This document shows, piece after piece, positions 14,898 to 28,977 of a stretch of DNA of 64,000 bases. The stretch is from the NCBI RefSeq assembly GCF_009914755.1, contig NC_060933.1. One strand, written 5' to 3'. The notes under the pieces are model-generated. The model was not told where the DNA came from, made no database searches, and was given only the letters and a program-made list of their open reading frames with translations. The translations under genes and the position numbers were made by a program. Within the stretch, counting starts at the first letter, position 1, and each line of letters starts with the position of its first letter. Source of the stretch: the human T2T-CHM13v2.0 reference genome, Homo sapiens.

Positions 14898-15190
14898 CCT
14901 GTAATCCCAACACTGGGAGGCCAAGGTAGGAGGATCACTTGAATCCAGGGGTTTGAGACTGACCTGGACAACACAGCAAGACCCCATCTCTAAAAAAATA
15001 AAAATGAAAAAATTAGCTGGGCATGGTGGCACACACCTGTAGTCCCAACTGCCTGGGAGGCTGAGGCAGGAGGATCCCTTGAGCCTGGGAAGTTGAACCT
15101 GCAGTGAGCCAAGATCATGCCACCGCATTCCAGCTTGGGTGGCAGCAGAGACCCTGTTTCTAAATAAAAGAAAAATAAATTTTAAAAAAT
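14898..15190 (+). mobile_element. Alu (J-like, 5' truncated)
   Basis: Alu consensus. Confidence 0.88.
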
Positions 15191-16860
15191 GTGGCAGCCA
15201 TTCACGCTCGGGCCCCACCCACGAAGCTGCTGTTAATCCCAACCCCAGAACATTCCTGCGGGGTAAAGGTGTCCCAGGATTCTGGGGCGGGGGGTGGCTC
15301 ACGGGAATCCCCCCTTACCTCGGTTTTTGTAGGAAGGCTCAGGAAGGGGTTTGGAAGGGCTGCTGTGCTCTTTCCGCTCAAGAGTCCATTCCATCCCACC
15401 TGGGGTGCTCTGTCCATGCGACCTTGGGTGAGTCACTCCCCTTCTCCCGTAGGGGCAGGGGGCGGGAACAGGGTTAGAAGGGCCCAGCCTGGCTGTACTT
15501 GTCTGCAGTTCCTAAAGTCTGCCTCCGCCTGCTCCCGCCTCAAAAAGACCCCTCTCCACTGCCAATTCGGTGCCTGAAGGAGGAGGTGGCCCAGAGACAG
15601 TGAGGCCACTGGACTTGGGCGAGGCTCCGATAGGACCCCCAGGACCTACATCTGAACGGTGAGCTGGGTTCTATCCCCCTCCCAGAGCGGGTGGAAGCTA
15701 AGCTGGTTGGAGAGGGGAGCCTGGGCCTATCCTGGAGCTCCCTCTAGTGTCTGAAAAGGGGCCTACAGTCTAACCTTCATCCAGGGGAGGACTGGGGGTT
15801 GTTTGTCCTGGCCACCCTCCCCAAGCTGTTTTGCCAGCCCCCAGTCTCTACCCTCACTCCTGGGGGTTCACCAAGCTGAGATCCTGGGGATACACTAGGG
15901 CTATTTCCCTTGTTTCAACCCCAGCGGACACCAAATTCTATTGTTCCTGATGCCCAAATGCCCACTCCTGCTCTCTGTGACTCCACCCAACCCCGTCCTG
16001 ATTCAAGCTTCGTGGCCTTTCCCTGGGTGATTTCAACGCATGCACTCCTTCAGTGCAGCTTTCACTCTTCCCAGAGGGAACTCTGCCACATGCAAACCTG
16101 GCCACGTCGTTCCCCTTCTTTCACCTCTTCTATGGCTCCCCAGTGCCCTCAGGACACAGTCCAAATCCTTAGCACCTTACAAAGACTGTGCCATCTGTCC
16201 TCTGCCGACCCACCAGCCTCACTTCTAATCACTGCCATTTTGCATCCTGACCCCGGGTAATAATGACCTGTCTGCAGTTCCTGAAGGTACAATGCCCTCT
16301 CTCACACCTGACCTTGGACCATCCTTGGTTTTCAGCCAGGTATGCCTTCTGCCTCTTCTCCACTTGGAAACTCCTGTTCTTACTCCATGGTGGTACCTCC
16401 CCTGGGGAATTGCCCTTTTGCAGCTGGCCTTCTCTTGGGCTTCCCACTGGGCTCTAAGCCAGCCCCTCTCTGCCTTGTCCTTGAGTCTGTTCCTCTAGAC
16501 ATGAGCTCCCCAGTGGTGAGGGCTGAGTGAGTCTCATCTGTGTATTCATCATCCTACCACATGCCTGCCTTAGGATGGGTACGGATGCCTACACTGGTGA
16601 GGAGAACAGGGCAGGATCAGTGCTGGGGGCCTTACGGGAAGCCCAGGGGTCTGTCGGAGCCTAGAAGAGGCCCCGACGAAGCCTGGGGGTTGGGGGAGGA
16701 GCAGAGAAGTCTTCTCTGAGGAGATGATGCCAGAGTTGGAGTCTTCAAGGATCAGTGCAGTGTCAAGAGGCACTCAGTCAGGTGGGGGCGGGGTGGGCAT
16801 TCCAGGGAGCAGACCCTGGCATCAAAGACTTGTGGGCAAAACCTGGCCACTGGCCCAGGG

Positions 16861-16906
16861 GTGTGTGTGCATGTGTGTGTGTATGTGTGAGAGAGAGAGA
16901 GAGAGA
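16861..16906. repeat. (TG)n(AG)n compound microsatellite
   Basis: direct read. Confidence 0.9.
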
Positions 16907-17690
16907 TTTTAGTAGGGGCAGAGGGAGAGACGCTGAACGGTAGAGAGGTGGGCAGAGGAGCTGGGGGCTGAGGATATTGATCTGTGTTTGTGCCAGGGAC
17001 TGAGTTATGAAGCGTTCTGGGCATGAGTCTCAGGAATTTAGACTTGGCCTTCGTGCAACTGGGGGTCACCAGGCAAGAGACACAGTTGAGATTTGAAAAA
17101 AATCCCTCTGGCAATTGGTGTAGAACCCAGGGGCCTCCTGGGCATCGTTTTGGGCATTTGTGGGGTGCTTTCAGTTATCATGATGACTGGGGGGTACTAC
17201 TGTGAGTTAGTGGATGGGGCCTGGGATGCCAAACACCCTGTGATGTTGGGAACAGTCCACATCATGAAGGGTTGGCCCATGTGCCATTTGATTTTGCATT
17301 TCCCACCAGGCACGCGTGCAGAGGGAAAACACCTGTCTGTAATTGTCTAAGATTAGAGCACATGTCTGGCTTGCATAGAAACGGAGAGCATCTTTGCGTG
17401 GTTTTTAGCGAAGACTGATTTGCCAGAACTATGCCTTCCATGCACATTTTAGGAAGATTGCGCCTTATCTTGTTTGGAGCCTTACCCAGATTCGCCACCA
17501 TTTTGAAAAACTACATACTTCATGGCAGATCTTCTCATGGGATTTGAGCGGCCAACGGGACCTTCCCCACATTGGTGTGCATCTGTGGCTGTCACCTTCA
17601 GTGGAGTTCTGTGTAGGCACACACTTCTCATTGCTTTATTGTGTCTGCTAGCATAGTGTACTCAACAGGAGCATTTACAATTTGAAATAA

Positions 17691-18021
<331 letters not shown>

Positions 18022-21000
18022 CCTTTATGTATTAATTTAACCAACACTCATTTAACTCTTGACATTGCCAGACACTTTTCTAAATGCTTGATGAGTAATT
18101 ATTTAATCCTCAAGACAAGTCTATGCAGTAAGGTGCAGTTGCTGTCTCTTTTTTTTTACCAGGGAGCTAACTGAGGCACAGAGAGGTGACTTACCCAAGG
18201 CTGGAGTCGGGCAGACCCAACTCGAATCCTGCCAGGCACTGGTGCTGGGCCAACCTCACTTCTCTGTGCCTTGGTTTCCTCATCCATAGAATGGGGCCAG
18301 TGCTGACCTTGCAGTGCTGCTGGGAAGTGGAGAAGCCGGGATTTGAATCAGCATCTGTGCACCTCACCACTGGCCTATAGTGTCTGCCTCTGATGTTTCA
18401 GTTAGGGCATTGGGTTGGTTTTCTTTTGGAAGTTACAAGCATACATATGTTGAGACAAGGTTAAGTGCCACTGGTGGAGAGCCTGTGAGAGCTGGGCTGG
18501 GAGGGAGTGGAGGTCTGGTCACTGAAGCTGGGGCATGGACACGCTTGTCCAGGGAGGAATGTGGAGTGAGGAGGGCAGGGGGCTGGAGACAGACCCGGAC
18601 AGGTCACAACATTCTGGGAGGAGGAGTGAGGAACGGTTAACAAGGTAGAGAGACCAGGGTAGCAGGGGTTGGGGAGCCCACAGGGACAGAGTTCCAAGAA
18701 GGAGGGCATGGGTGACAATGGAGAAGGCCTTAGAGAAACCCAGTGAGGTCAGGGCTGATGGTGGCCCCAGACTCAGACACAGAGGGAGCAGGGGGACCTG
18801 GGCCGTGAGAGCCGAAGGGGCCTCAGCTGGAGCTGCAGTCACTCTCACCCCAATACCCAATGTAGGGAGAAGGAGGGGAAGAAACACCCCAACCTCCATC
18901 TCCTCTCTCCCTGGCATCTCCGGCCTGTGCCTCCCACTGGCTCACCTTTCCAGGAAGCAGATGGAAGGAAGCCAGCATGACACAGCCCACAGGTGCCAGC
19001 AGGGCAAGGGCGGCTCTGGGTGGGGAGTAGGGACAAACAGAACAACCAGTGAGACCCTGAGAAGGGAGATGTGAGACCCTGGGGAATGATCCAGAGCAGG
19101 AGTCACCTGGAAGGGTCTGAAGGGGTTCCTTCTGGTGGGCTCCTCAGTGGGGAGGGTCACTATCCTCCCACGACGAGGCTCTGACAGCAGCCACCCAGTC
19201 CTTGCAATGTTCTCAGGCAGATGCTGTGATGATCCCATTTACAGATGGGAGAACTAAGACGCAGAAAAGGAACAGACCAACAAAAGCTCACCTAAGGGCA
19301 GAGAGCAGGAACCGGATTCAAACCCAGGTCTGCCTGATGCCAAAGCTGGGACTCCCAACCACTGAACCTTGCTGTCGCATGTGCCCATCAGCTTGAGAGT
19401 TGGTGGGAATCCCGGCCCAGGACAGCGTCCCCTCAGCCAGGGAGGTGGCAGCAAGTCATGCTCAGGCTAGTGGAGGGGCAGTTAGTAACCTGCAGTCGGA
19501 GGTTCACCAGTGGAAAGGCTGGAGTCGGGCAGACCCAACTCGAATCCTGCCAGGCACTGGTGCTGGGCTGCTCACCTCTCTGTGCCTCGGTTTCCTCATC
19601 CATAGAATGGGGCCAATGCTGACTTTGCAGTGCTGCTGGTGGGTGGGGGGGGCGGTAAACTGAGGTTATGTCGATTCCCTTCCCAGGTGGGGAGGACAGG
19701 GGAAGTGGATGCACCTGGGGGACCATCTCAGAGGAGCTGGCCCACTCTTACTGCCTTCTCCAGATCCGGACCAGGGAGCGGTCAAGATGGTGTGCCCTTG
19801 TCTGACCTCCGTCCTGCCTGCTGTCCAGCGACTCCCTGGCTTCCTCCCCGTCACGTGGGACTCCTGTACCCGGTGCTGTCGGGGGAGCCCCCCTCCATAC
19901 CCTCCAGACCTCACAAGACACTTCCAGGTCTGGCCACAAGGTGGAGTGTGGCGGCTGCAGGACAGTGCTGGGGGCCGGGCTGCAGAGGAGACTGGACCTG
20001 CGCCGGGTGACCTCCCCGCTCTGTGAAAGTGTGGGAGTTTGTGTCTGTGCATCCAGAGAACCAGAGGGTGGTGGTTGACTTGCCGTGCTCCCCCCAGCCC
20101 CCCATTGGGATTGCCTGGGTCTCTGGGGGATCACTGAGAAGCTGGATAAAGAGAGCTGGCACTGTCGCCTTGGCTCACTAACGCCACCATTTTACAGGTG
20201 AGGAGACTGAGGCCCAGAGAAGGAAGTCACGTGCTGAGGTCACCGGCTAATCAGTGGCTGAGCTGGGCTCGAACCCAGATCTCTTACGCTGTGAGGCCTC
20301 TGCTTTTCCTGTGGCATGGAGAGGGGCTTCTCCCACCTGGGGAGAGGGATCCTGTTGTATTGGAGAGGCAGGGGATTAAAGATGGACTGAGAGAGGTTAG
20401 TGTCCCAGAAACCAAGGGGCAATCCCTGCCCTGGAGAGAACAGGCCTCAAGGGCAGGGATGGGGCAGGGGCAGTGGATAAGGAGTCTACCCAGGCCTTTT
20501 TGGGCTCCCTCCTTTGGTCCCTGGGGACCCAGGGCTGTGGCACTTGCCCCGGGCTAGAGGGTCGGCCAGGGCCTGTGTGGTGCCCACTGCTCCCTCCCCT
20601 GCACTGCAGGGGACCCTTGCCCATCCCTCTAGCTCATCTGGACCTCCCTCAATGGCTCCTGCTGTCTTTCCAGGCTGTGTCCTCCCGTGTCAGGGACACA
20701 TCCCAGAGCCCAGGGCCTGCGTGGGCTGTATCCACGGTTACTGAATAGGGACAAACAGGCATGTATTGGCAGGGGCCGGTGGCTCATTTCAGGAAAGTCC
20801 CTTCAGCAAGAGGATTCTCTCCCCACTGGGGCTGAGGGTGGTAGAAGAAAGGAATGTTGTTCTATGTTGTAGTGTCTCTGAGATGACCTGGCTTCCTGAA
20901 CCAGGTCCCCCTGAAGAGCTCCTCCTGTCCACCCCAACAAGAGGCCAGCTGGAGAGCAAGCAAACATCGAGTGCAGCAGGAGACTATAAGGTTAGACAAC

Positions 21001-21799
21001 AAGAAGGACTTCCTGGCAGGGGAGAGCAATGCTTGCTTGGTTAGAGCTGCCTTTCAGTAGAATGGGCTGCTTTGGATTGCAGTGAGGTCGCTGGAGTTGC
21101 AAACAGCAGAGCCAGAGATCAAGGTCAAGTGGAAGAAAGCTGGGAAAGGTTCAGTTTGGCTGGTGAAGGGTGGAGAGGGTAAAGGGAGGCAGGGACCACC
21201 GTGGTGCAGGGGTGAGGTGCCCTGCAGGGAGCTGATCCTGAGGCCGATGGTGGGAGGAGCTGTGTGTGGTCGGGTGGGACGGGGTGGGGACAGCAGGAGA
21301 CACTGAGAAGGTGGCATGGCCAGGAGCTAGGGGCTGACCGAGTGTGGGGAGGGGGGAGTGGGGAGGGGGCGTTGGGCTGCCCGATGGGAGGTGCCTTGGC
21401 TCCGATGGGAGCACTGGGGAGCAGCAGGTGGGGGGACGAGCTGGGTGGGAGGGGCTGCAGCTTCCCAGCAGAGACAGGGTCTGGGAGGCGACTGGACTCG
21501 AAGGCCTGGGCTTGGGAGAGAGGCCCGGGCTGGAGAGGTGGGGAGGGGGATCCAGGAGAGGGGATAACTAAGGACTTGGGAGTAGCTGGCATCACCTGGT
21601 GAGACGAGAGTCCTGAACAGCCCCCTCTCCAAGGACAGAAATTTCTCCAAGGAGGCTGACCTGAGAGGTGGGAGGAGAGTGGGGCAGAGGGTCAGGAGGG
21701 AGAAACCAGTGGGTGCCAAGACCAGGTCAGCCCCACAGGCTAGGGGGCTTGAGGACTTGGGGCTGATGTCTAGGGACGTCCACGAGGTGGAGCAGCCCA

Positions 21800-21954
21800 G
21801 GAGGCCTGGGTGGGAGGAGGAGGCGGTGGCGGGGAGGGGAGGGAGGGGCTGGGCCTCTGTCCACAGCATTAGTGCTGGTTGGAGGGACGAGGGGGGTGCG
21901 GAGCCAGCCAGGCCGCCCTCCCGTTCTCACAGCAGCCGAGCAGAGCGGGCTGCC
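21800..21954 (+). promoter_or_regulatory. CRB2 proximal promoter/5'UTR, TATA-less and G-rich, with a G4 motif at 21831-21853
   Basis: GGGGAGGGGAGGGAGGGGCTGGG and GGCGG boxes immediately upstream of the ATG. Confidence 0.6.
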
Positions 21955-22048
21955 ATGGCGCTGGCCAGGCCTGGGACCCCGGACCCCCAGGCCCTGGCCT
22001 CTGTCCTGCTACTGCTGCTCTGGGCCCCTGCCCTTTCCCTCCTGGCTG
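21955..22048 (+). CDS. CRB2: CRB2 exon 1 coding part (signal peptide MALARPGTPDPQALASVLLLLLWAPALSLLAG)
   Basis: gccATGG Kozak at 21955; Leu-rich h-region; donor G|GTGAGT at 22049; 94 nt, phase 1. Confidence 0.96.
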
Positions 22049-25000
22049 GTGAGTTGGGGCCCATGTCTGGAGGGGCCTGGGAGAGGGTCTGTCCCCCAAG
22101 ACAGATACCCCAAGCCTTGGCTGCTGGGGTGGTGGGTGGGCTGGTCCGCGTGGGTGCAGGCCTGAGCTGTGGGGTGCACAGGAGTGCGCGGCTGTGGCCC
22201 CCAGACTCTGTGGGGCTCCACGGAGGTGAGTGTGTTCTGAGGCTCGGGGCTGTTTCATGTTGAGGGGGGTTGTAAGTTTCGGGGTTGGGGGATCGGGGGC
22301 TGGGCATGATTTGGGGGAGCTGATGCGGGTGAGGGATGGGGTGCGTGTTTTGGGAGGTGCTGTGTTGCATCCTGTAAAGGGCTGGGGGACTTCTGGGTTT
22401 CTAGGGGCTGAGTTTGGGGAGTTGCAGGTGGCATAAGCCTCACCCCAGAGCCTGTTCTGTGTCGCATGCTGGGTTGTGGGGCACAGGTTGTGGGTGTGTT
22501 AGAGTTGGGAGGTGGATGAGCTGTCTGGGGTGAGCCGTGAGTTGTGTCCGAGGAGTTGGGTGTGGTGAGCTGTGTCCTAGCACACGCTGTGGGGTGTAGG
22601 TTGTCCAGGGTTGAACTAGGTCTTTGCTCTCAACATGAGGGGTGTGGGATGTGCACAGCCGACCCCAGCTCGGGACTGAGTGGAGAAGCGTGAGGGAGAC
22701 TCAGGGAGCTGGGTGCCTGCCCGCACCCCTCCATTTGTGCGGTAGCCCTGCCTGTGCTGAGGGCTGCTGGGGATGCTCTGGGTCCCTGTGGGGTGGCTGG
22801 GGATTTGGGAACATGTGTGTGTCCCCTGCTGCCCCCTCCCCAGCATTCCAAGGCCAATCTGAAAGGGCTCCCTGAAGCCAGACCACATTTGCCAAGCCCT
22901 TTTTGCTTTTGTCCAAGCTCTCGGAGCCTGGAATTCCTCCTGGGGGGTCCAAGGGAACGCTTGGTGTTAGTTACTATAGTTACAGGGGCCGGGCCTGGGA
23001 AGTCCCCTGCCCCCACCACCACAGGCTGGGGAGGGAGCCAAGGAGGGCCTGGGCTCTCCTGAGGCTGGGGGAGCCCTCCCTGCCCCAGAGCTCCACAGGC
23101 TGTAGGGTGTGGGGGCCAAGTGTCTCCCAGTCCCACCTGGGGACCCTCATGTTTCCCGCACTCACAAAGCTTTCATTTCCTATCCTCTCTATGGGGCCCT
23201 AGGGAGGATGAGGACCCCATTTTGCAGTGAAGGAAACCAAGGCTCAGAGAGGGACGGGGACTTATGAGCTGGGCTCTGCTGGCAGGCGACTTGGGCTCCA
23301 TAGAGGGGTGGGGCATGGTGGCGGGGGGCGGGGTGGCTGCTCCTCTCTGTTCTCTGCATACAAAGCACGTGAGATCCCGGTCTGTGGATCGGTGCTCTGT
23401 CCCCTGCCCTGTGATGCTCACACACCCACACTCCGCACACCTGTGTGGCATGCCCAAGGGCACACAGCACCACAGGGACAGGTGCTACAGACACATGTGG
23501 ATCTACCAGCACATGCACCTACCTACACACATGGCATGTGCCTGCACACCAATGTGCACACCCCAACACGCACGTGTGGACATGTGTGCATTCACACTCA
23601 GTGTGCACTCACAGGGGACCTGGAGGCACAGAGTGGATGGAGGCTGTGGGGGGTCTGGACACTGGTGTGTACACTCAACCCATCAGGCCTGCTGGGTTGC
23701 CCAGGGGCAGCCTTTCCTCTGCCATTTCTGTGCTGGGAGCGCCATCCCTGGGGATCCCTAAAAGTTGGTGGGGTACACTGCAGGCATGACCATTTCTGCA
23801 TGCTGGTACCCTAGACTGCCTGCCGGGAGGGGAGGGATTGGGGATTTTGTCACTTGAAAACCAATTTCCATCCTGGAGGGGATGGGGGCTTCTGGAGGCC
23901 ATGGGCCCCTGGCTTTTCTCCCCACCCCTGCCAGGCCCTGAGCTGGGCCTCTCCATCCTGGGCCCAATTTGCCACAAAGGCCCGGCTGGTTGCCATGGAG
24001 AGGACCAAGCATCTTGGAGTACAATGGGGCACGTTGGGCTCTCATATCCACCCTCCCTTCCCCAAACACCCAGGGAGCCCAGCAGACAAAGGGGCAGTGA
24101 GTCCAGGCCCCAAGTCCGGCCCCTCCTCCAGCCAGAAGGGGGTGGGGGCCTGCAGGACAGAAGCAGAGATGGAGCAGAAAGCCACACACATTCAACCCAA
24201 TGTCAGGATCCTTTGGACAGTGGGTGTCTGCCTCAAGTAAAGAATTGTTAATGAGTAAGATCAGCCACTCCATGGCAGGCACTGTGCTATTATTAACGAG
24301 GTCTAATTTAATTCTCCCAACAGCCTATGAAGTCAGCTCTGATACCCCTAGTTTACAGAGGAGGTAAACGAGGCCCAGAGATGGCCAGTCCCAGAGCCAG
24401 GAAGCCCCAGAGCCAGTGCTGGGATTTCACAGTACACTGTGCTACTTGCCTAGGCAAAGTCACGTCTCTTCTCTGTCTCTACAAAACGAGGACAGACTGG
24501 CTTACTCCGAGCGCTGGTATAAGGATTGGAAGAGAATGCAGTGAGCGGTTCCCCACCCCAGGTTTTGGCATGGAACCCCCAATTTCAAGGGAAATTTTAG
24601 ATGGAAGCCCATGAATAGTTAATAGTAAAATTGTTAAAAGTGGCCTGTTTGGGTGGCAGGTGGGGAACCCCACCTGCTCTGTCTCCCCCTCACTTCAGGA
24701 GGTAACTCCCTGGAACTGTGCTCTGAGCCCAAACTCTCAAGGGTTGGTCAGTGCCAGGCACAGGGTAGGTGCTCCGTCCCTGACAGCTATTGTTGCAATT
24801 ACTGTTATCAAAATTATGTCTTTTAACCTCAGAAGGTAAACATTTTTGAAAAAGAGTATGCCAAATTATTCTGCCCAAAAGAGAATTTCACCCTTTCCTG
24901 ATGACTGAGTGAGTGTCTGCAAGCCTCCATGGTTATTCAGCCCTACCCTTGTAGGGTAGAGCCTTGGGGCCCAGGGATATTAGATGAACAATTTCTTCCC

Positions 25001-25102
25001 CTATGCTAGAAGTTCCCACACCTTATGAGATCTTAGGTCGCTTCTTAGAAATATTCTGTCTCTTGATTTGTTGGGACAGGAAGCTTCCCCAGTAAATGCT
25101 TC

Positions 25103-25441
25103 TTTTTTTGTTTGTGGTTTTTCGTTTTTGTTTTGTTTTTTGTTTTTTTTTTTTTTTTTAAGAAAGGGTCTCACCCTGTTGCCCTGGCTGCAGTGCAGTG
25201 GCAAAATCATAGCCCACTGTAGCCTCGACACCCTGGGCTCAAGCCATCCTCCCACCTCAGCCTCCCAAGCAGCTGGGACTACAGGGACCCACCCCATGCT
25301 TGGCTTATTTCGTTTTGTTTTCATAGAGCCAGCGTCTCACTATGTTTGCACAGGCTGGTCTTGAGCTCCTGGCCTGAAGTGATCCTCCCACCTCAGCTTC
25401 CCAAAGTGCTGGGATTACAGGTGTGAGCCACTGCACCTGGC
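25103..25441 (-). mobile_element. Alu (J-like), CRB2 intron 1
   Basis: Alu consensus. Confidence 0.9.
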
Positions 25442-25969
25442 TTCAGTAAAACACTTCTCATCAGTTGTTGGCTGTTATAAACAGGCCCATTCTAAGTGCA
25501 TGAAAAGTAGGAGTTACTAATGAGTGAGGCCTGAGACACAGTGGGATTACTGACAGCTGGGTTCTGGATAGACGGGGAAGATTGCCTGCTCTGCCCAGGC
25601 TGATATTGGAAGCTGTATTCCTGTGAAAACCTTTAGAGATTTTTTTTTTTTCCTGGGTGAGGCAGCTGTAATGTACTAAAGCAACAATATGTGAGTGGCA
25701 ATTTAGGGTTTGTAAAGTGAAAATTTCACATGCATTGGGAGATGTGGACCTCTGGGAAATCAGGAGCTGATCTGATTCTTCGTCTCAACCTGGGCAAAAT
25801 TATCAACCTCTCTGAGTTACAAAAACAGAAATTTTCTTAATGGCACCCACCTTTTCTGGTCTGAATCAAGTATAACAATGTAATAATAGATGCACAGGCC
25901 CAAGCACATAGTACACACTCAGTAAACAGCTGGGTCCTCCTGCCCCTCCCCAGGACAGGGCAGCAGGTC

Positions 25970-26170
25970 GAAGGGGAGGGGCGGGCGTCGGTTAATCCCT
26001 CCCTGCCAGGTCGGCCCAGGCAGCCTGAGGTCAGGAGGGATTTGTAAAGATAAGCACAGGCCCCTCGTTGCCCTGGCAACAGGCCCCGCCCCTCCAGCCT
26101 GGCCCGGGAAGGGGGGACAGCCCCTCCTCCGCCCTGCTGCCCTCCACACCCCGCCCCTCCTTGCCTCTCC
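25970..26170. promoter_or_regulatory. CRB2 intron-1 element with an RFX X-box, GC boxes, TAATCC and GATA sites
   Basis: GTTGCCCTGGCAAC 26067-26080; CCCCGCCCC x2; TAATCC 25993; GATAAG 26049. Confidence 0.55.
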
Positions 26171-26259
26171 TGTCTGGCCTGGGCTATCGTGGCCTCCTAG
26201 GCTCACTCCTGGAAGACAGAGACAACCTGAGGTCAGCGGTTCCCACACCTAAAAGTGAA

Positions 26260-26380
26260 AGGAATCCCCCAGGAGCAGGTTGCGATGCAGATTCTCAGGC
26301 TCAGGGCCCAGTGGTTCTAAATTTGGGGTCTGGAGTGGGTTCCAGGAATCTGTATTCTTAATGTGGGCCCGTGATTCCGG
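26260..26380. mobile_element. MER5-like hAT fragment
   Basis: gatgcagattctcagg...ggtctggagtggg..ccaggaatctgtatt. Confidence 0.55.
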
Positions 26381-28518
26381 GAAGCTTGGAGTGAGGCCCT
26401 GGGTTTGGATTCCAGCCTCCCTTGGGCTGTGGACTGTGAGGCTGCTTCGAGTCTCCCTTTCCTGAGCTGTAAAACAGGCATCATAATCCTATCCACCTCG
26501 GAGGTAAATGCCAAGATCAACTGAGATGACACATGAAAGATGGCTGTCCCTCCCAGGCAGGACTGTGGCACTATTGCATGCCTCCCAGGACGGGCAGCTC
26601 CTTCCCTTCCTGCCTGGCTCTGACTGGAGAAATTCCTTCCTCCCATGGGGTTGGACTCTGTCTCCCGGGCTCTGTCATTTAGAGCCCATCTGCTCCCATG
26701 GTCCTGGGAAGATCCCTTGTGACAAGGCACCTCCCCCGCCCCCCAGGATCCTTTCCCCGGTGCTGCCTCCCCAGCGTGGTCCCAGCTGCTCTGAGATAGG
26801 GGGCAAAGCTTCAGATTGGATGGGCGGGGAGGCGGGGGGGGTTCCTTGCACTGCACAGGTGAGGGACAGTGCTCTGTGGGAATTAAGTGAGGGACCTGTT
26901 GGCACAGGCGCTGGCAGCCGGGGCCCTTTACCATGGGTTATGAGTGCTGCACCCTCCTGAGCAGTGCTGGCCACACCCAGTCCCAGGGCTGTGCCCTGCA
27001 TCACCTTGGTGAATCCTTCCAACACCTCCACGAGATGGGCACTTTTTGCACCCCAGATACAAACCAGGACTGCCCGATGCCCCAAACCTGTGCCCTTTCC
27101 TGGGGGAGCTGGAAGGATGCGGGTCAGGCCACAGGACAGCCCTGCCTGGAATGCGGATGACGCCTGAGAGGCTGCCAGCCTTATCTGGGGGGCTTCACCA
27201 GAGTGGGGGAGGGAAGGGTGCAGGGTCTGAGCTGTTCTGGGGTCTGGTGAGTGTCTAGATGACAACCTGGGTGGGGGAGGGGCACCTTTGGGAGCTCCGG
27301 ATGGGGGTGGGGGGAGGAATGGAGGCTGTGTCTTCTGGAGGCTCTCCTCCCCCATCCCTTACCGAGTTCTTACCAAAAGCAGCCCTTGACTGCGGTGCTG
27401 AGGAGCTGAATAGTTCAGCATTTGATGAGGGGATTCTTTTATGATCTAATTTTCAGACTGGGAAACGGAGGCTCTGTAGGAGAAATGACTTACCCAGGGT
27501 CTCATAGCTAGGAACTTTCTGAGCTGAAATTGAACCCAGGTCTGTTTCACTTCAAAGCCCAAGTTCTCACCTGGGCATTGTGGTGACAAGGCTCTCAGGA
27601 AGGCAGGAGGAGAGGAAGGGGGATGAGGATCTCTGGGCGTGGCTTCCAAGCCGGTTGGTGACCCTCTGTTAGAGCTCCGGTGCTGGAAGCATCATGGTGG
27701 CCAGGGGCAGGTGTCCGTGAGCCATCTCAATACCTGCTCTGTACCATGCGACCTTGGCCAGGCCGGCCACTCAGGTGTTTGCTGATGGGGGATGAAATTA
27801 GGGCCAGGGACCCTCTAGAAGTTCCTAGGCCAGTGGCTGGCAGGGGGTGGGTAGTGATGTGGAGAAGGGGTAGGAATGAGACCAGCGGAGCACACGATCC
27901 CTGCTTTTGAAGTTGTCCACCCATCCTCCCGAGGTTGAGGTCGGGCTCATCTCCAGTTTCACCCAGGGATGGAGTTACCAGACCCCTGGCAGAAGAGGTG
28001 GAGGGGGCAGTGGGAGGAGCCTCACCCTCTGGGGCCTCCTTGGATGGATGGGGCCTGCAGGAGGGAGACCCCTCCCCAGGTGGAGCTGAAATAATCCAGA
28101 TAGACCTTGAAGCCTGTCCCAGCGAACACTAACTTGCTGTGTGAAGTGGACAGGGCTGGGCAGGCTCAGCAAGCCTTCACTTTCTTTCCTGGGCCTCCTT
28201 TTGCTGTCTGGTGCAATGGGCATGACGGATACTGCCTCAAAGGGGGACTGCAGGGACAAGACAGTGGAGGGAAGCTCACGGGGCTCAGGGAACCTCTGCT
28301 CACTAATCCTGCCCAGAAGCCAGACATCCTTGGTGCTGTTTCTCTGCTATATAGGCTCTCCTAAAACCGTTCCCAGTTCTGGGTGCAGACGTGTGCAGCT
28401 TACTGGGACCTGGCTTGCAGACCCCTGGCCCTCTGTCCATACTGTGCATGCAGAGACCCACGTTGCTTTTGGGGTCTGGGGTGGGCCTGAGAGGGTGGGG
28501 AGGAGATTGTCCTTGTAA

Positions 28519-28977
<459 letters not shown>

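Noticed and set aside
14628-15302. Alu-derived ORFs here and elsewhere
   Set aside because: Typical Alu translation motifs, not genes
21679-21954. In-frame upstream extension of CRB2 exon 1
   Set aside because: Starts at GTG and would bury the signal peptide; the ATG at 21955 has an ideal Kozak context
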